A stretch of 64,000 bases of DNA, from positions 124,001 through 188,000 of the forward strand of contig NIVC01000583.1 of assembly GCA_002269645.1 (NCBI GenBank), read 5' to 3'. The notes under the pieces were generated by a model, which saw only the letters and a list, made by a program, of their open reading frames with translations, did not search any database and was not told the DNA's origin. This DNA is from Macrostomum lignano (taxonomy: Eukaryota). Within the stretch, counting starts at the first letter, position 1. Each line of letters starts with the position of its first letter. Made by a program: the position numbers and the translations under genes. Positions 63,561 to 64,000 of the stretch are shown here, piece after piece.

Positions 63561-63655
63561 CACATTAATCTCTATTCTGTCACTGATCCCAATTACCGCA
63601 CACTTGTAGAGCCCGTCCGTCCCAGTGATCGAATCCCCGCAACCCGATACCGCAG

Positions 63656-63901
63656 GCAAACGGTTCTCCACAAGGCCGCTTTCTTCGCCCAGCCGAGTCT
63701 GCTAGCCAACCTGCTGGAGCGGCCCGAGATGGCCCGCCGGTCCAGCCTCGACTGCCGGGACCGGGAGGGCAACACGCCGCTGATGCTGGCCAGCACGGAG
63801 AAGGACGACCCGGAGTGCGCCCGACTGCTGCTGGCCAAAGGCGCCAGCCCGCTGTGCACTGACGGTCAGGGCAGGACCGCTGTTTACCTGGCGACGCACT
63901 G
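63656..63901 (+). CDS. TRPA-like ankyrin-repeat exon (gene continues past the window)
   Basis: ccgcag|G phase 2; QTVLHKAAFF..DCRDREGNTPLMLAS..LLLAKGASPLCTDGQGRTAVYLATH; donor TG|gtgaat. Confidence 0.85.
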
Positions 63902-64000
63902 GTGAATGCTGGGGAATATCATGATTTTCGATTTCTCGAGTCCTGAACAGCCTAGAATTTAACAAAGGATAGATGCAGATTCTTTTATTATTACTGTAAG

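Overview
Eukaryotic (animal) genomic DNA with spliceosomal introns. GC-rich exons with poly-Q/poly-A runs and a different minisatellite in almost every intron suggest a flatworm such as Macrostomum; this is inferred from composition, not verified. Four host genes were reconstructed by hand from GT..AG junctions with matching phases. (1) OSBPL9/ORP9-like lipid-transfer protein, + strand, 6 exons 4154-10443, first exon upstream of the window. (2) CDKAL1 tRNA methylthiotransferase, + strand, 4 exons 13406-16917. (3) TMEM45/DUF716 membrane protein, - strand, 4 exons 25439-23892. (4) TRPA-like ankyrin-repeat protein, + strand, exons from about 32.3 kb running off the right edge. More than half of the window is tandem repeat, including an ~18 kb array; the 6181-aa ORF is an artefact of that array. 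Three observations stand out. A ~20 kb putative CMC/EnSpm-type DNA transposon (11-bp TIRs CCCAGTGGGAC, 2-bp GA TSD, 37691-57755) sits in the TRPA intron and carries the 18 kb array plus an antisense spliced ORF. A 298-bp hAT-type MITE (14-bp TIR, 8-bp TSD) carries a degenerate copy of the 28S rRNA R2/I-PpoI target region. CDKAL1 begins at a bare splice acceptor just downstream of OSBPL9, compatible with polycistronic transcription and a spliced-leader-supplied AUG.
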